IMG/VR virus record: IMGVR_UViG_3300032237_001108
Span: 1-55,591 of that record
Direction: 5' to 3' (one strand)
Origin: a virus
Length of the DNA stretch: 55,591 nucleotides
This document shows positions 15,498 through 23,406 of the stretch, in pieces. Each line of letters begins with the position of its first letter. Position 1 is the first letter of the stretch. Made by a program: the position numbers and the translations under genes. The notes below the pieces were generated by a model. The model was not told the DNA's origin. It ran no database searches and saw only the letters and a program-made list of their open reading frames with translations.

Positions 15498-16652
15498 TCA
15501 GTCCGTCAGCACCGGGAAAGCCCCAGTCCAGCCGCGCTCCGAATCCAAGAACCGCAGCAGTTGCTGAGGGCGCTCCGGGGCAAAGCCCAGTTTCAGGCCA
15601 TAGGCGGTGGGTCCGATCAGGCTGCCGTTTACTGACCAGCCGGTGCCCATGGTGAGCTGGTGGAAGTGCCCGAAGAAGCTGTGATCAGCCCTGATTCCCT
15701 GGTCCTGCCGGTGGACCCATTTCTGGAGGGGGATCGTCAGGCCACCGATGCCACCGCCGTAGCGGATCGCATCGCCATGGTGAAACCGCAAGACCTGCCC
15801 CAGCACTTCGACGTAGAGGATGTTGCCGTCGCTGATGCGCCATTCCAGGCGGGGCTCTCCCCTGTAATGCCGGCGCAGGCTCTGATACATCAGCCATTCG
15901 TAGCTGGTGGCGTGCGCGTTGTCGGCCTGCATCTTGGGGGTGGTGCGCCCGTGGTTGCCGTAACTGCAGGGGATCACGATGCGATCGAATCCGCCGTGCT
16001 CCAGCAGATGATCAATCCCAGCAACAATGGCCCGCTCGCATTCAATTATCTGTTGAGTTGGTGACAACTCCTGAAGCTGCGCCTGTTCAGGATGCAGCCA
16101 ATTATCTATTAAATCCCCGCCCAACCAGAGCACCATTTGCCGAACATCGCAACTACTGCGGACCATGCGGATCACCTTCAGTGCATTGCGAAACAGCGCT
16201 CCGGCTCGCCGGTGAAACTCGTCTATGTCGTAGGCGTTCAGGCCGTTCACTGATTCCGCCCGCACCACGGCGCCGCAGTGCCAGTCCGAGCACAGCAGGA
16301 TCGGCACCGATTCGGATCGATCCGCGTGATCCTCAACAGGTGTCAATGCGGCAGCCGGGGCGATCTCGCGAATGTCCAGGGCGGTGGTCAGGGAATCCAG
16401 CGTGGCCGCCAGCTCCGCAAGGGCTCTATCGCGGTCGCGCTCAGCGGTTCGAGCCACCTCCCTGATCTTGCGAAGCTCCAACTGCAGCGCCAGCAGCTCC
16501 TCAGACGTGTCGCTGCGCTTGCCGTTTGGGCACATGCCAGGCAGGCAAAACGGTCGGCGCTGACCGGCCTCCTCTTGCCACTCAAACGAGCTGTCGGAAA
16601 GCCAGGCCCTGCACGCCTTAGATCGCCGGCATTGGTAGGTGCGTTCAGCCAT
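15498..16652 (-). CDS. Calcineurin-like metallophosphoesterase with N-terminal Cys-rich/coiled-coil region
   Basis: Ordered MPE motifs: LLCSDWHCG, GGDLIDN, GNHG, HHGD, GHFH. The N-terminus YQCRRSKACRAW...FCLPGMCPNG is zinc-ribbon-like. Confidence 0.8.
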   Translation of the reverse strand: MAERTYQCRRSKACRAWLSDSSFEWQEEAGQRRPFCLPGMCPNGKRSDTSEELLALQLELRKIREVARTAERDRDRALAELAATLDSLTTALDIREIAPAAALTPVEDHADRSESVPILLCSDWHCGAVVRAESVNGLNAYDIDEFHRRAGALFRNALKVIRMVRSSCDVRQMVLWLGGDLIDNWLHPEQAQLQELSPTQQIIECERAIVAGIDHLLEHGGFDRIVIPCSYGNHGRTTPKMQADNAHATSYEWLMYQSLRRHYRGEPRLEWRISDGNILYVEVLGQVLRFHHGDAIRYGGGIGGLTIPLQKWVHRQDQGIRADHSFFGHFHQLTMGTGWSVNGSLIGPTAYGLKLGFAPERPQQLLRFLDSERGWTGAFPVLTD

Positions 16653-16693
16653 GCTTTTGGCAGCGATTCAGGCTGGTTGCCCTAGTTTTCCCG

Positions 16694-16703
16694 TGACTGG
16701 GAT
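16694..16703 (-). promoter_or_regulatory. Motif I copy 8 (CGGGAAAACT)
   Basis: Exact 10-mer, 41 nt upstream of ATG 16652. The spacer contains GCAACCAGCCTGAA, a near-copy of motif II. Confidence 0.6.
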
Positions 16704-16719
16704 TCCAGTATTGGCGCCC

Positions 16720-17787
16720 CTACCCCACCGGCACCGGCGCTCGCTCGATGTCGGGATACTGCCGCCGCTCGCTGGGGGAGGGCTTGCGCACGGCCTCCTC
16801 AAGCACCTGGGAGGCACGGGCGAACGGCCAGCCCTTGCCGGCGGCAAACTCTCGGGCGGCATCCTCGCGGGCCTTCTGCCAGTAGGCCTCGCGCAGCAGG
16901 GCGGCTCGCAGGGTGGGGTCGGCCTCCTCCACCGCTTCGGTGGCCACCGGGGAGAGGGAACACCGGCAGCGAGGGTGCCCCGGCGCCACGATCTCGTCCA
17001 ACCGGTAGATCCGGCCATGGCGGCTCGCGCACACCGGACAGGTCCGCTCATCCTTGGTGGCGATCCACCGGGCGTAGCCGAACCCGTTGCGGGCAGCGGC
17101 TGCCTTCTGGGCCCCCACGTAGGCGTTGGCCAGCTCACTGCGGGCGATCAGCTCAGCCCGCTGCTCCAGGCCCAGCCGGTTGTTCAGCCCCTGCGGATCG
17201 CGGGCCCCCTGCAGGGCGGTCCTGATCTCCCCCTCCAGCACGCGGGGCCCCTTCCCGCGCCCGATGCCATCGGTGACGATGCGGGCGATGCTGTCGCGGA
17301 AGCTCTCCACCTCGCCGCGGATGTAGGCGCTGGCGGTGCTGGCGGCGGCCTCCACGGCGGCCTTGGAGGCGCCCACGAACACGCCCTGCGCAGCCGCGTC
17401 AGGGTTGGCCGTCTGCGCGAGCTGCTGCCCCAGGTCACCGCCGAGGGCCACCGCTTCGGCAAAGTCCTCGCGGTAGCGGTTCTGGAGCCACTGCAGCTCC
17501 CGATCCGACGCGAAGGCTTGGGCCAGCTCCAATAGGCGCCGGAACTTGGCGGAGCCATCGGCGATCGAGTACGACCCCGGCCGGCGCGTAACCCCATCGG
17601 CGCTCTGCTGGTCGGGAAGCTCGGGATCCACGAACTGGCCGTAGAACCGGCGCAGATCCCGCAGGGTGCGAGCCAAGGAGCGGCGCAGGGCCGCCTGCGT
17701 GTTGCTGACCGAGCGATCGGCCAGGGTGTCCAAGGCGGCGGCGTAGTCGTCGGCGAGTTGGAGTTGTTGGTCGCCGATGGTGGCCAT
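16720..17787 (-). CDS. MuF / SPP1 gp7-like minor head protein
   Basis: WIATKDERTCPVCASRHGRIYRLDEIVAPGHPRCRCSLSPV is the classical Phage_Mu_F signature. The start lies 3 nt after the ARP-5 stop (TAACCCATGGCCACC). Confidence 0.85.
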   Translation of the reverse strand: MATIGDQQLQLADDYAAALDTLADRSVSNTQAALRRSLARTLRDLRRFYGQFVDPELPDQQSADGVTRRPGSYSIADGSAKFRRLLELAQAFASDRELQWLQNRYREDFAEAVALGGDLGQQLAQTANPDAAAQGVFVGASKAAVEAAASTASAYIRGEVESFRDSIARIVTDGIGRGKGPRVLEGEIRTALQGARDPQGLNNRLGLEQRAELIARSELANAYVGAQKAAAARNGFGYARWIATKDERTCPVCASRHGRIYRLDEIVAPGHPRCRCSLSPVATEAVEEADPTLRAALLREAYWQKAREDAAREFAAGKGWPFARASQVLEEAVRKPSPSERRQYPDIERAPVPVG

Positions 17788-17790
17788 GGG

Positions 17791-19266
17791 TTAGCGGTTG
17801 CGGGGCTTCTGGCGCTTGTTTGTCTCCTGTGTTTGCCGCTTTGCTTTATCTCTTAGCTGCTTGATTGCGTTTTGCTGCTGCCTTATCGCAATCCTTGCGC
17901 CAATGTACCTATCAGCCCTGTTCATTGATGCGTTAGAGCGTCTTTCTTTTGCCTTGCGTGATTGCTTTCTATTTTGGCCAATCTCTCCCCATAGGCCGAA
18001 CTTAACAACAGGATCAGCTTCATACGCTTTTTTTGCTGTAGCTTCTTCGCGTTGCAGTGTCGTGAGCTGCTTGCGAGCGTTGCGAATCTCAGCCGCCAGC
18101 GACTTTCGCTGATCTGTGCCGCGACCATACCCATACTTTGCGGGATCGTAGTTTAGTTCAATTTGCTTGAGCCTTTTTGATGCTCTCCTAAGTGATTCCA
18201 GTTGTTTATCAGCCTTTTGTCCTCTTGCAATCAGTTTAAGGTAGCGGGGGCTAAAGCCGCTTCCGCTTGAGGCTGGGGTGTTATCGCGATTCTTGGCGTT
18301 TTCAACTTTCCTGATTTCATCCAAAACGGCAGTTAATTTGGCGGTGATCTTGCCCTTAGCTGCGCTAATTCTTTCTTTCGTTAGCGGCTTTTTCTGTTTG
18401 CCAGCAGGCTTCTGCCGCTTGGCTGCCAGCGCCCCCGGCTTCAGTCCGCGAAGTTTGGCGATGGTGCCCCCTTGCCGGCCGGCCGTGACACGCTTGGGCG
18501 CAGCGGGCTTGGACGGCGCTGCCTTGCCCTTCCGCGCCACCCCGCCGACACGAGCCCCGCGGATCGTCCTGGCAGCGGTGCTAGGCGCGAGCTGCAAGGC
18601 CTTGGGGTTGTACTTCATGCGCCCCCTATTGCCCGTGGCCAGCCCAACCTTTAGGCGCCTTGCTGATTGGGTCATAGAGCGAGTAATCGCGTCAATCTGG
18701 CCAGGCGTTAATTTGTTCTTGCGCTTGCCTACATTGGCAATTAGTTGCATCCTTCCTTCGGAAAGATTGCTCAACTGTGCTGCTGTGTTTCCTGCAACGA
18801 CAAACTTTTGCTTGCGTGCTAGGCGCTCAACCTGTATTGCACGCCTGGCCGCCTTTGGCAGGGCCCTCAGCCTTCTTCCATGGTCTTTGCGGTGCCCCGC
18901 CATCATGGGATCGGTGCGGTCCTTCCTGGCCTCTGGCGACTGCATCCAGCCGACCGGCTTCTTGGCGGTGACCACCCTCCCCCGCACCTTCCCTCCCCTG
19001 CTCAGCACCCCCTGAGGCGCCCCCTTGAGGCGATCGGTCTGCCTTGCCCTGAGGTTCCCCGCCCCGGTGCGCAGCCGCCCCCCGCGGGCTGTGGCGCCAT
19101 TGCCGCTCACGCTTGTGATGCGCCCCGAGTTGTCCCGCGTGAGGCGATTGGTGCCGCGGCTGGCTCGCTTGGCCGGCGGTCGCTTGGGGGCCCCGCCGCC
19201 TGGGGTGCTCGCGAAGCGTCCGCGGTTGTCCCGCACATAGGACGTTCGGCGGGTTCCTCGGGGCAT
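17791..19266 (-). CDS. Arginine-rich paralog ARP-5 (491 aa)
   Basis: MPRGTRRTSYVRDNRGRFASTPGGGAPKR...NRLTRDNSGRITSVSGNGATARGGRLRTGAGNLRA. Hinge GTIAKLRGLKPGAL at 18427-18468. AT-richer coiled-coil C-terminus (17800-18420). Confidence 0.7.
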   Translation of the reverse strand: MPRGTRRTSYVRDNRGRFASTPGGGAPKRPPAKRASRGTNRLTRDNSGRITSVSGNGATARGGRLRTGAGNLRARQTDRLKGAPQGVLSRGGKVRGRVVTAKKPVGWMQSPEARKDRTDPMMAGHRKDHGRRLRALPKAARRAIQVERLARKQKFVVAGNTAAQLSNLSEGRMQLIANVGKRKNKLTPGQIDAITRSMTQSARRLKVGLATGNRGRMKYNPKALQLAPSTAARTIRGARVGGVARKGKAAPSKPAAPKRVTAGRQGGTIAKLRGLKPGALAAKRQKPAGKQKKPLTKERISAAKGKITAKLTAVLDEIRKVENAKNRDNTPASSGSGFSPRYLKLIARGQKADKQLESLRRASKRLKQIELNYDPAKYGYGRGTDQRKSLAAEIRNARKQLTTLQREEATAKKAYEADPVVKFGLWGEIGQNRKQSRKAKERRSNASMNRADRYIGARIAIRQQQNAIKQLRDKAKRQTQETNKRQKPRNR

Positions 19267-19287
19267 GGCTACGGCAATCGTTGCCGC

Positions 19288-19297
19288 AGTTTTCCCG
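19288..19297 (-). promoter_or_regulatory. Motif I copy 9 (CGGGAAAACT)
   Basis: Exact 10-mer immediately after the portal TGA and 21 nt upstream of ATG 19266 (ARP-5). Confidence 0.6.
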
Positions 19298-20818
19298 TCA
19301 GTTCAGCGGCAGTCCCTGCGCGTCCACGCCACCCCCTGCGAGGTCATTGGGGCCCGGCACCGGCGGGTTGTTGAGGGCTTGCTGGCGGGCATCCTCGGCG
19401 GCCAGTTCGGTGGCTTCCTTCTTGCCGTCCACACCAGGCCGGAGCATCCCGCGCTTCTGAGCCAGGTGCGTGACCGTCTCGCGAAGCAACAACCCTTTGT
19501 CGTAGAGCGTGCCGGCAAGGGTGAGCAGGGCATCATCCACGGGCTTATCGGTGATCCCCGGCAGCAGATCCAGCCCGGCGCCGGCTTGGGGCATCTCCCC
19601 GGTGAATGCGCCCCAGAGCTGAAACATGGATTCCCATGCGGAGCTCTTTGCTTCGGCCATGGTGGTGATCGTGGCCTGAAGCTGAGCCCCCTCCAGTTCG
19701 GCCTGTGTGGCGGTGCGGTTGCTGCTGCCAGAGAACAGGAACGACAGGGTGGAGCGATCAATCAGCTTCTCAATCTCCTGCAGATGCTGCAAATGCTTGT
19801 CCAGGCTGCCGCCGGAGGGTTCGGCAAACGAAAGCGACCCGTTGGGATCCTTGATCTCCACCAGGCTGTTGGGCCCCAGCGTCAGCGGTTGCCCCGGCGC
19901 CCTGCCGGCGTCCTTGAGCACCGTGACGGGCAGGGCGCAGCGGTGCAGGAGCTCCTTGAGGTCGCTGTACTCCCTAAACCAGTCCAGGGTGAGGTTCGCC
20001 AGCGACAGCAGGGGGATCCCACATTGCCCGAAACCATCGCGGGTGGCGCCGTACCAAACCACCGGTGGATGCTGCAGCGGCTGGCCGTTGGCACCGGTGA
20101 AGACGCCCTCCTGCGGGCGGCCCTGCTCATCGGTGGCTACCTCCACCTGATAGTTGGCCGAGGCGCCCTTGCCGCCGTCGCCCTTGATCTTGAGAAGGCG
20201 CCATTCACCGCCCCGCATCACGCGATAGCGCGGCTCCAGCTTCAGGCCGTAGTTGCCGTCTTCAACCTCGTGCCATTCAAGAACCGTGACGGCGACCGGC
20301 ACCCGCTTCCGGCCGACGCGGGCCACCCTCCAGTTGAGGACGTTGCGGCGCTCGGCCATAGAGAACACCGGTCGGCGGCCCTGGGCCAACTCTGCGGCCC
20401 TGCTCTCGGGCACCCCCGGCGGCATGTCCGCCATCAACAGGCAGCCGCCATCGCGAAGCACCAAGGCATCGGCGCCGAGGCCCCAGGCCTTGAGGCTGTT
20501 GCCCTCACCGTCAATGTCCTGGGCTGCCTCCAAAAGCCCCTTCTGCACCCCTCGAAGCTGATACCGGCTCAGCACCCCCGCAAAGGCGCTCACGCCATCG
20601 CGGAAGAACGACGGGTAACTGCTGCGCTTCAGGCGAGCCTGGTAGGCCTCCTTGGGCTCGCCGGCCTCCTTGGGGAGGTGCCGCAGCTTCGCATCACCCC
20701 GCAACAGTTCCCAGCAGTCCGCCACAAGGTCCAGGTCCGTCATGGACTCTGCCAGCCTGGGGTGACGGAATGACGGCAGATCGCCCTTATCGGTTGGATG
20801 GCTGATCTGCTGCCGCAC
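19298..20818 (-). CDS. Portal protein (DUF4055-like)
   Basis: 506 aa, located between terminase and MuF. The N-terminal AYQARLKRSSYPSFFRDGVSAFAGVLSR resembles portal proteins of this type. Call rests on position plus that similarity. Confidence 0.65.
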   Translation of the reverse strand: MRQQISHPTDKGDLPSFRHPRLAESMTDLDLVADCWELLRGDAKLRHLPKEAGEPKEAYQARLKRSSYPSFFRDGVSAFAGVLSRYQLRGVQKGLLEAAQDIDGEGNSLKAWGLGADALVLRDGGCLLMADMPPGVPESRAAELAQGRRPVFSMAERRNVLNWRVARVGRKRVPVAVTVLEWHEVEDGNYGLKLEPRYRVMRGGEWRLLKIKGDGGKGASANYQVEVATDEQGRPQEGVFTGANGQPLQHPPVVWYGATRDGFGQCGIPLLSLANLTLDWFREYSDLKELLHRCALPVTVLKDAGRAPGQPLTLGPNSLVEIKDPNGSLSFAEPSGGSLDKHLQHLQEIEKLIDRSTLSFLFSGSSNRTATQAELEGAQLQATITTMAEAKSSAWESMFQLWGAFTGEMPQAGAGLDLLPGITDKPVDDALLTLAGTLYDKGLLLRETVTHLAQKRGMLRPGVDGKKEATELAAEDARQQALNNPPVPGPNDLAGGGVDAQGLPLN

Positions 20819-21761
20819 CGGTGCCGCCTATTCCTGCTGGCTGAGTTTTCCCGCTCTCTTGGGGGTCGTGACAGGGGCTAAACAGCACCAACTGCTCCGC
20901 CGCCTGCAGGATCTCAGCGGCCCCTGTCAGCCGCCTGCGGGGGGAGCCCCCTGCCGCCTCGGTATCGCCCGCGGGAAGCTCCAGGGCCAGCGCCTGCTGT
21001 TCAGGGGTAGGGTTCAACCGCTCGCCCCGGATGATGCCTTGCGCCATGCGCAGGAACTGCCCATGCGGCATTCGCGCCAGTTGCCGCCGCTTTGGGGCAT
21101 CCCACGCCGCCTCCAGCATCTGCCGATCAGCCCAGCCCATCGCAGCGTGAGCCTCATCGGCGATCCGCATGGCCTCGTTCAGCTCATCAAAGCTCTCGAT
21201 CTCATCCCATGGATCGGGCTCGCGGGTGGCATGGAGGGCGTCAGGGTCCAGGCAGCGGGTTGCCCCCTGCGCTTCTAGGATCGCCTCAACCTCTGAGGCC
21301 TCCAGCCCGGTGGCCGTCACCACGGCCGAAAGGGTGGCCCCCTCCCCAGCCAGGCGCCGCACCGTGGGGGCCTTGTCGCGCCAGCGATCGGGGAAACGGA
21401 CCCCGCTGCTGTGCCCCTTGTCCCGCAACCACTGCGCCATAGCGCCTCGGATGAAGGGCACCACGCACGTGCTCAGGGCATAGGGGATGCCGGTGGTCGG
21501 GTTGAGCCGTTGAGGGTCATAGCGGCGGCAGCCCTTGAGCAGGCCCGCAGCGGCAACCAAGAACAGGTCATCGAATGGCATCCGGGTGGACCGGGCCATC
21601 CGGTTTGCCATGGACCGGGCCAGCAGGAGATTGTCTGCGGCCAGTTGCTCTGACCACGGCGTAGGCGCTGGGAACCTTCCAAGCCGCCCCAGATCAGGAC
21701 ACGGTTCAGGCCGGATCTTGGTGCTGCGGGCGGCCCTGGGGCGCCGTGTCGTAGCAGGCAT
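20787..21761 (-). CDS. Sigma-70-family-like protein with recognisable region 2/3 but degenerate region 4
   Basis: NLLLARSMANRMARSTRMPFDDLFLVAAAGLLKGCRRYDPQR..GIPYALSTCVVPFIRGAMAQWLRDKGHSSGVRFPDRW matches the sigma region 2 pattern (DL.Q.G.iGL..A...fDp..g..FstYA...Ir.ai...l). I could not see a clear region 4 HTH. Start set to ATG 21761. Confidence 0.55.
   Translation of the reverse strand: MPATTRRPRAARSTKIRPEPCPDLGRLGRFPAPTPWSEQLAADNLLLARSMANRMARSTRMPFDDLFLVAAAGLLKGCRRYDPQRLNPTTGIPYALSTCVVPFIRGAMAQWLRDKGHSSGVRFPDRWRDKAPTVRRLAGEGATLSAVVTATGLEASEVEAILEAQGATRCLDPDALHATREPDPWDEIESFDELNEAMRIADEAHAAMGWADRQMLEAAWDAPKRRQLARMPHGQFLRMAQGIIRGERLNPTPEQQALALELPAGDTEAAGGSPRRRLTGAAEILQAAEQLVLFSPCHDPQESGKTQPAGIGGTGAAADQPSNR
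20844..20853 (-). promoter_or_regulatory. Motif I copy 10 (CGGGAAAACT)
   Basis: Exact 10-mer, 25 nt upstream of the portal GTG at 20818, inside the 3' end of the sigma-like ORF (ESGKTQ). Confidence 0.6.
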
Positions 21762-21768
21762 GTTCAAT

Positions 21769-23406
21769 TCACCGGCGAATCAGACCTGATTTCAGTGCCA
21801 TTATTGCGTCATCTGACCATCCCTGCTGTCGCAAAGCATCAGCATCCACCGGCTGGGGTGTGGCGCCATGGCCCCAGGAAACGGTGCTGAAGCTCAGCGG
21901 GCCGGAGCCGATCAGATAGATCAGGAGCTGGCTGGTCTGATCAACAATGTCGTCAAAGGTGGCGGCAGGGAACTGGATCAACTGATCCACCACCTTGGTG
22001 CTCCAAGGGGCGGAGCGCGGCAGGAACACGCGGCCGGCGTTCACTTCCACGCTGGCGGCATTGGCGCGGCTCTCCTTGGACCCCATCGCCCCGGCGCCGG
22101 CCTCCACCACGCGGTAGCCATGGGCGGCAGCAGTAAGGGTCTTGATCACGGCGGCGCCGTTGGCCTTCTTCTCGATCAGGAGCTCCCCAAAACCATGCCG
22201 GCGGTGCATGGCCTTGATCATCGCCACGGTCGCCGGAAAATCAAGGCGCTCATCCACAAGGTCCAGCAGCCAGGCCCCCTCCACGGTCTGCCCCCACAGG
22301 CCCATGGCCACCATGTCGCTCCCTTCGGTGTTGTCAAAGCTGCAGTCCACCGACAGGATCGTGCGCAGGAACGACTGAGGCAGCGCCGCGTCTCCCTCGT
22401 CCCCAGGCCAGGCAGGGCAGCCGTAGAACCGCAGGCGATCCCGGAAGAAGATCGTGCCCTTGCCGGTGCTGGGGCGCTGCTGGTAGACGCTCTCCCAGTC
22501 GCGGTCTGGGGTGTTGGCCCGCTTGCGTTGGATCCACCGCTCGTTGAAGCGCTCCGGGTCCAGGGCTTCGCCGGGCTGGCGCGGGTCAGGCTCGCGGCTG
22601 ACAGTGGCCGGGAGCGGCTTGGCCTCGTGGGCAGGCACGGCCTCGATCGGCAGGCTGACCACGTGCCAGCGCTCGCAGTCGGCCTCCATGCCCTCCTTCT
22701 CCAGCTCCAGGTTCTTGCCGAGCAGGTAGCCGATCAGGTCGGCCTCATGCCAGCGGGTGTGAACCACCACCACCGACGCGCCGGGTTCTTCGCGGGTGCT
22801 GAGCACCGAATCCCACCAGTTATGGACCTGCCGCCGAAACGCGGCGCTCTCGGCCTGCTCGCGGCCCTTAATCGGGTCATCGATGAACAGGCGGTGTCCG
22901 GGCTTGCCGGTACCCTTGCCGATGCCCGCGGTCCAGTTGGTGCCGATCCCGTCAACGGTGCCCCATTCCTCCTTGCCCGAGAGGCTCGGCCGGAGGATTC
23001 CGCCAGAGGCCAAAAAGTACCCTTTCGCGTCATCCGAGAAGCCAACGGCAAGGTCTTGCGACTGGCAGCAGATGCCGTTGGAGCGATCGGGATAGCGCCG
23101 CAGGCAATAGCCCGGCAGGAACCGGCTGAAGATCGTGGATTTCCAGTGCCGCGGGGGAAGCTCCACCATCAGCCGCGGCAGTTCGTCATCGGCCACGCGC
23201 TGGGCCAGATCAATCAGCCGCAGGGTGTGACGGGTAAAGGGAAACCGCGGGAAAGACGTGGCGATGTAGGTCCGAAAGTCGGCGGTGTAAGGCTCCACAG
23301 CCGCTGGGATCGCCTCCTCTGCCGCCCTGGCCTCCTGCACCTCCCGCATCACGGGAAAGCCGCCCCAGTCGTTGGAGGCAGCGTGGTGCATGAGGTTCAG
23401 GGGCAT
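21769..23406 (-). CDS. terL: Terminase large subunit
   Basis: 545 aa. LPPRHWKST (P-loop-like), HRLFIDDP and HTRWHEADLIGYL are typical TerL ATPase/nuclease motifs. TGATG junction with dcd. Confidence 0.85.
   Translation of the reverse strand: MPLNLMHHAASNDWGGFPVMREVQEARAAEEAIPAAVEPYTADFRTYIATSFPRFPFTRHTLRLIDLAQRVADDELPRLMVELPPRHWKSTIFSRFLPGYCLRRYPDRSNGICCQSQDLAVGFSDDAKGYFLASGGILRPSLSGKEEWGTVDGIGTNWTAGIGKGTGKPGHRLFIDDPIKGREQAESAAFRRQVHNWWDSVLSTREEPGASVVVVHTRWHEADLIGYLLGKNLELEKEGMEADCERWHVVSLPIEAVPAHEAKPLPATVSREPDPRQPGEALDPERFNERWIQRKRANTPDRDWESVYQQRPSTGKGTIFFRDRLRFYGCPAWPGDEGDAALPQSFLRTILSVDCSFDNTEGSDMVAMGLWGQTVEGAWLLDLVDERLDFPATVAMIKAMHRRHGFGELLIEKKANGAAVIKTLTAAAHGYRVVEAGAGAMGSKESRANAASVEVNAGRVFLPRSAPWSTKVVDQLIQFPAATFDDIVDQTSQLLIYLIGSGPLSFSTVSWGHGATPQPVDADALRQQGWSDDAIMALKSGLIRR

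Noticed and set aside
19265-20773. 502-aa plus-strand ORF antisense to the portal gene
   Set aside because: It is a shadow ORF in high-GC DNA. The portal frame has a family-like sequence, motif I upstream and tight packing with its neighbours.
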